Positions 63,458-64,000 of a stretch of 64,000 nt of DNA are shown piece by piece. The stretch comes from a virus (lineage: Duplodnaviria; Heunggongvirae; Uroviricota; Caudoviricetes). The position numbers and the translations under genes are program-made. The DNA is taken from the IMG/VR virus record IMGVR_UViG_2802429175_000002, one strand, 5' to 3'. The notes below the pieces were generated by a model, which saw nothing but the letters and a program-made list of their open reading frames with translations, ran no database searches and was not told the origin of the DNA. The number at the start of each line of letters is the position of its first letter. Position 1 is the first letter of the stretch.

Positions 63458-63520
63458 GGTGAAATACACCAGACGGACAACGGGCCGCGAAAAATACCGT
63501 TGTCCATCCTGCCTATTCCA
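63458..63520 (-). repeat. ESAS-like element (copy H)
   Basis: GGTGAAATACACCAGACGG - GGACAACGG...CCGTTGTCC hairpin - CATCCTGCCTATTCC. Confidence 0.5.
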
Positions 63521-63644
63521 TGTAGTCACTGATATGCCAGCGGATATCAATCGCCCGCAAGAAACTCTCAACCCCTAATGTGCCCATGAGGGCTAGGGGA
63601 TAGGCGAGTACAAACGCTGCTATGAACATTTGTGTCATCGTCAT
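63513..63644 (-). CDS. small membrane peptide (43 aa), tentative
   Basis: ATGA overlap with the upstream gene. Product MTMTQMFIAAFVLAYPLALMGTLGV... Confidence 0.3.
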   Translation of the reverse strand: MTMTQMFIAAFVLAYPLALMGTLGVESFLRAIDIRWHISDYME

Positions 63645-64000
63645 GCGTCCTCAGGGTCGGCTGAAAGAATCGAAAGCTCATCGCTTACCGACTCAGCCCA
63701 TTGCCCAACATGCTCGGGGAACAAATCGACGTTCTCACCGACACCAAACTCTGCGAAGTATTTGCGAGACTCAGCGCACGCGTACAGAAACCCGAGTAAG
63801 TCTCGGGATAGGTGCTCTGTATCAGCGTCTGCACCAACGCCAGAGCGCAAGTCATTGCTGACGTACTCCCAATCGGGTGTAGTGATGCTGTACCCGTAGC
63901 GCTGGCGGAAACCAGACTCACCGGGCTCACGGTCAGCGCCGTCATGCCAGACCTTGACCGTTGCACTGTCGATGGTGAAAACCTGATCTTCGGTAATCAT
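63641..64000 (-). CDS. hypothetical protein (start at the window edge)
   Basis: 119-aa ORF whose ATG is the last three bases of the window. Confidence 0.4.
   Translation of the reverse strand: MITEDQVFTIDSATVKVWHDGADREPGESGFRQRYGYSITTPDWEYVSNDLRSGVGADADTEHLSRDLLGFLYACAESRKYFAEFGVGENVDLFPEHVGQWAESVSDELSILSADPEDA

Noticed and set aside
1-64000. CRISPR arrays, rRNA genes, transposase or IS elements
   Set aside because: No direct-repeat/spacer arrays, no rRNA-like conserved segments and no transposase-like ORFs were seen. The only recombinase is the serine integrase.

Overview
This window looks like about 64 kb of a temperate siphovirus genome from an actinobacterial host. The host assignment rests on a lysin B esterase (mycolic-acid-containing hosts), WhiB-like genes, high GC content, and a tmRNA tag peptide ending in DYALAA. 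The layout on the + strand is: tail genes (major tail protein with Ig-like domain, tail assembly chaperone G/G-T with a -1 frameshift, a 1908-aa tape measure protein, minor tail proteins); a lysis cassette (lysin A, holin, lysin B, NrdH); a convergent leftward block (lipoprotein and membrane-protein operon, HTH protein, nucleotidyltransferase operon); a long rightward early/replication arm (Erf, Cas4-like exonuclease, ClpP-like protease, SSB, DnaB, two WhiB-like proteins, HNH endonucleases, a dual-specificity phosphatase, an SPFH protein); a roughly 5.5-kb array with a tmRNA, about 27 tRNAs and an ArfB-like gene; a short rightward block (Pth2-like hydrolase, 2OG-oxygenase-like, metallophosphoesterase); and a leftward arm with a large serine integrase and many small genes. 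The most notable non-coding signals are (i) a 13-15-bp motif, GGTTCATGTGGGT(A/G)G, present 8-10 times in both orientations, often containing the start codon or sitting right after terminators; (ii) a conserved start-associated sequence (CACACGGAAGGGATACTAATG) plus a roughly 60-bp imperfect inverted-repeat element upstream of many leftward genes; (iii) atypical tRNAs and two GNRA-rich structured RNAs inside the tRNA array. Coordinates for RNAs and adjusted CDS starts were read by eye and may be off by a few nucleotides.
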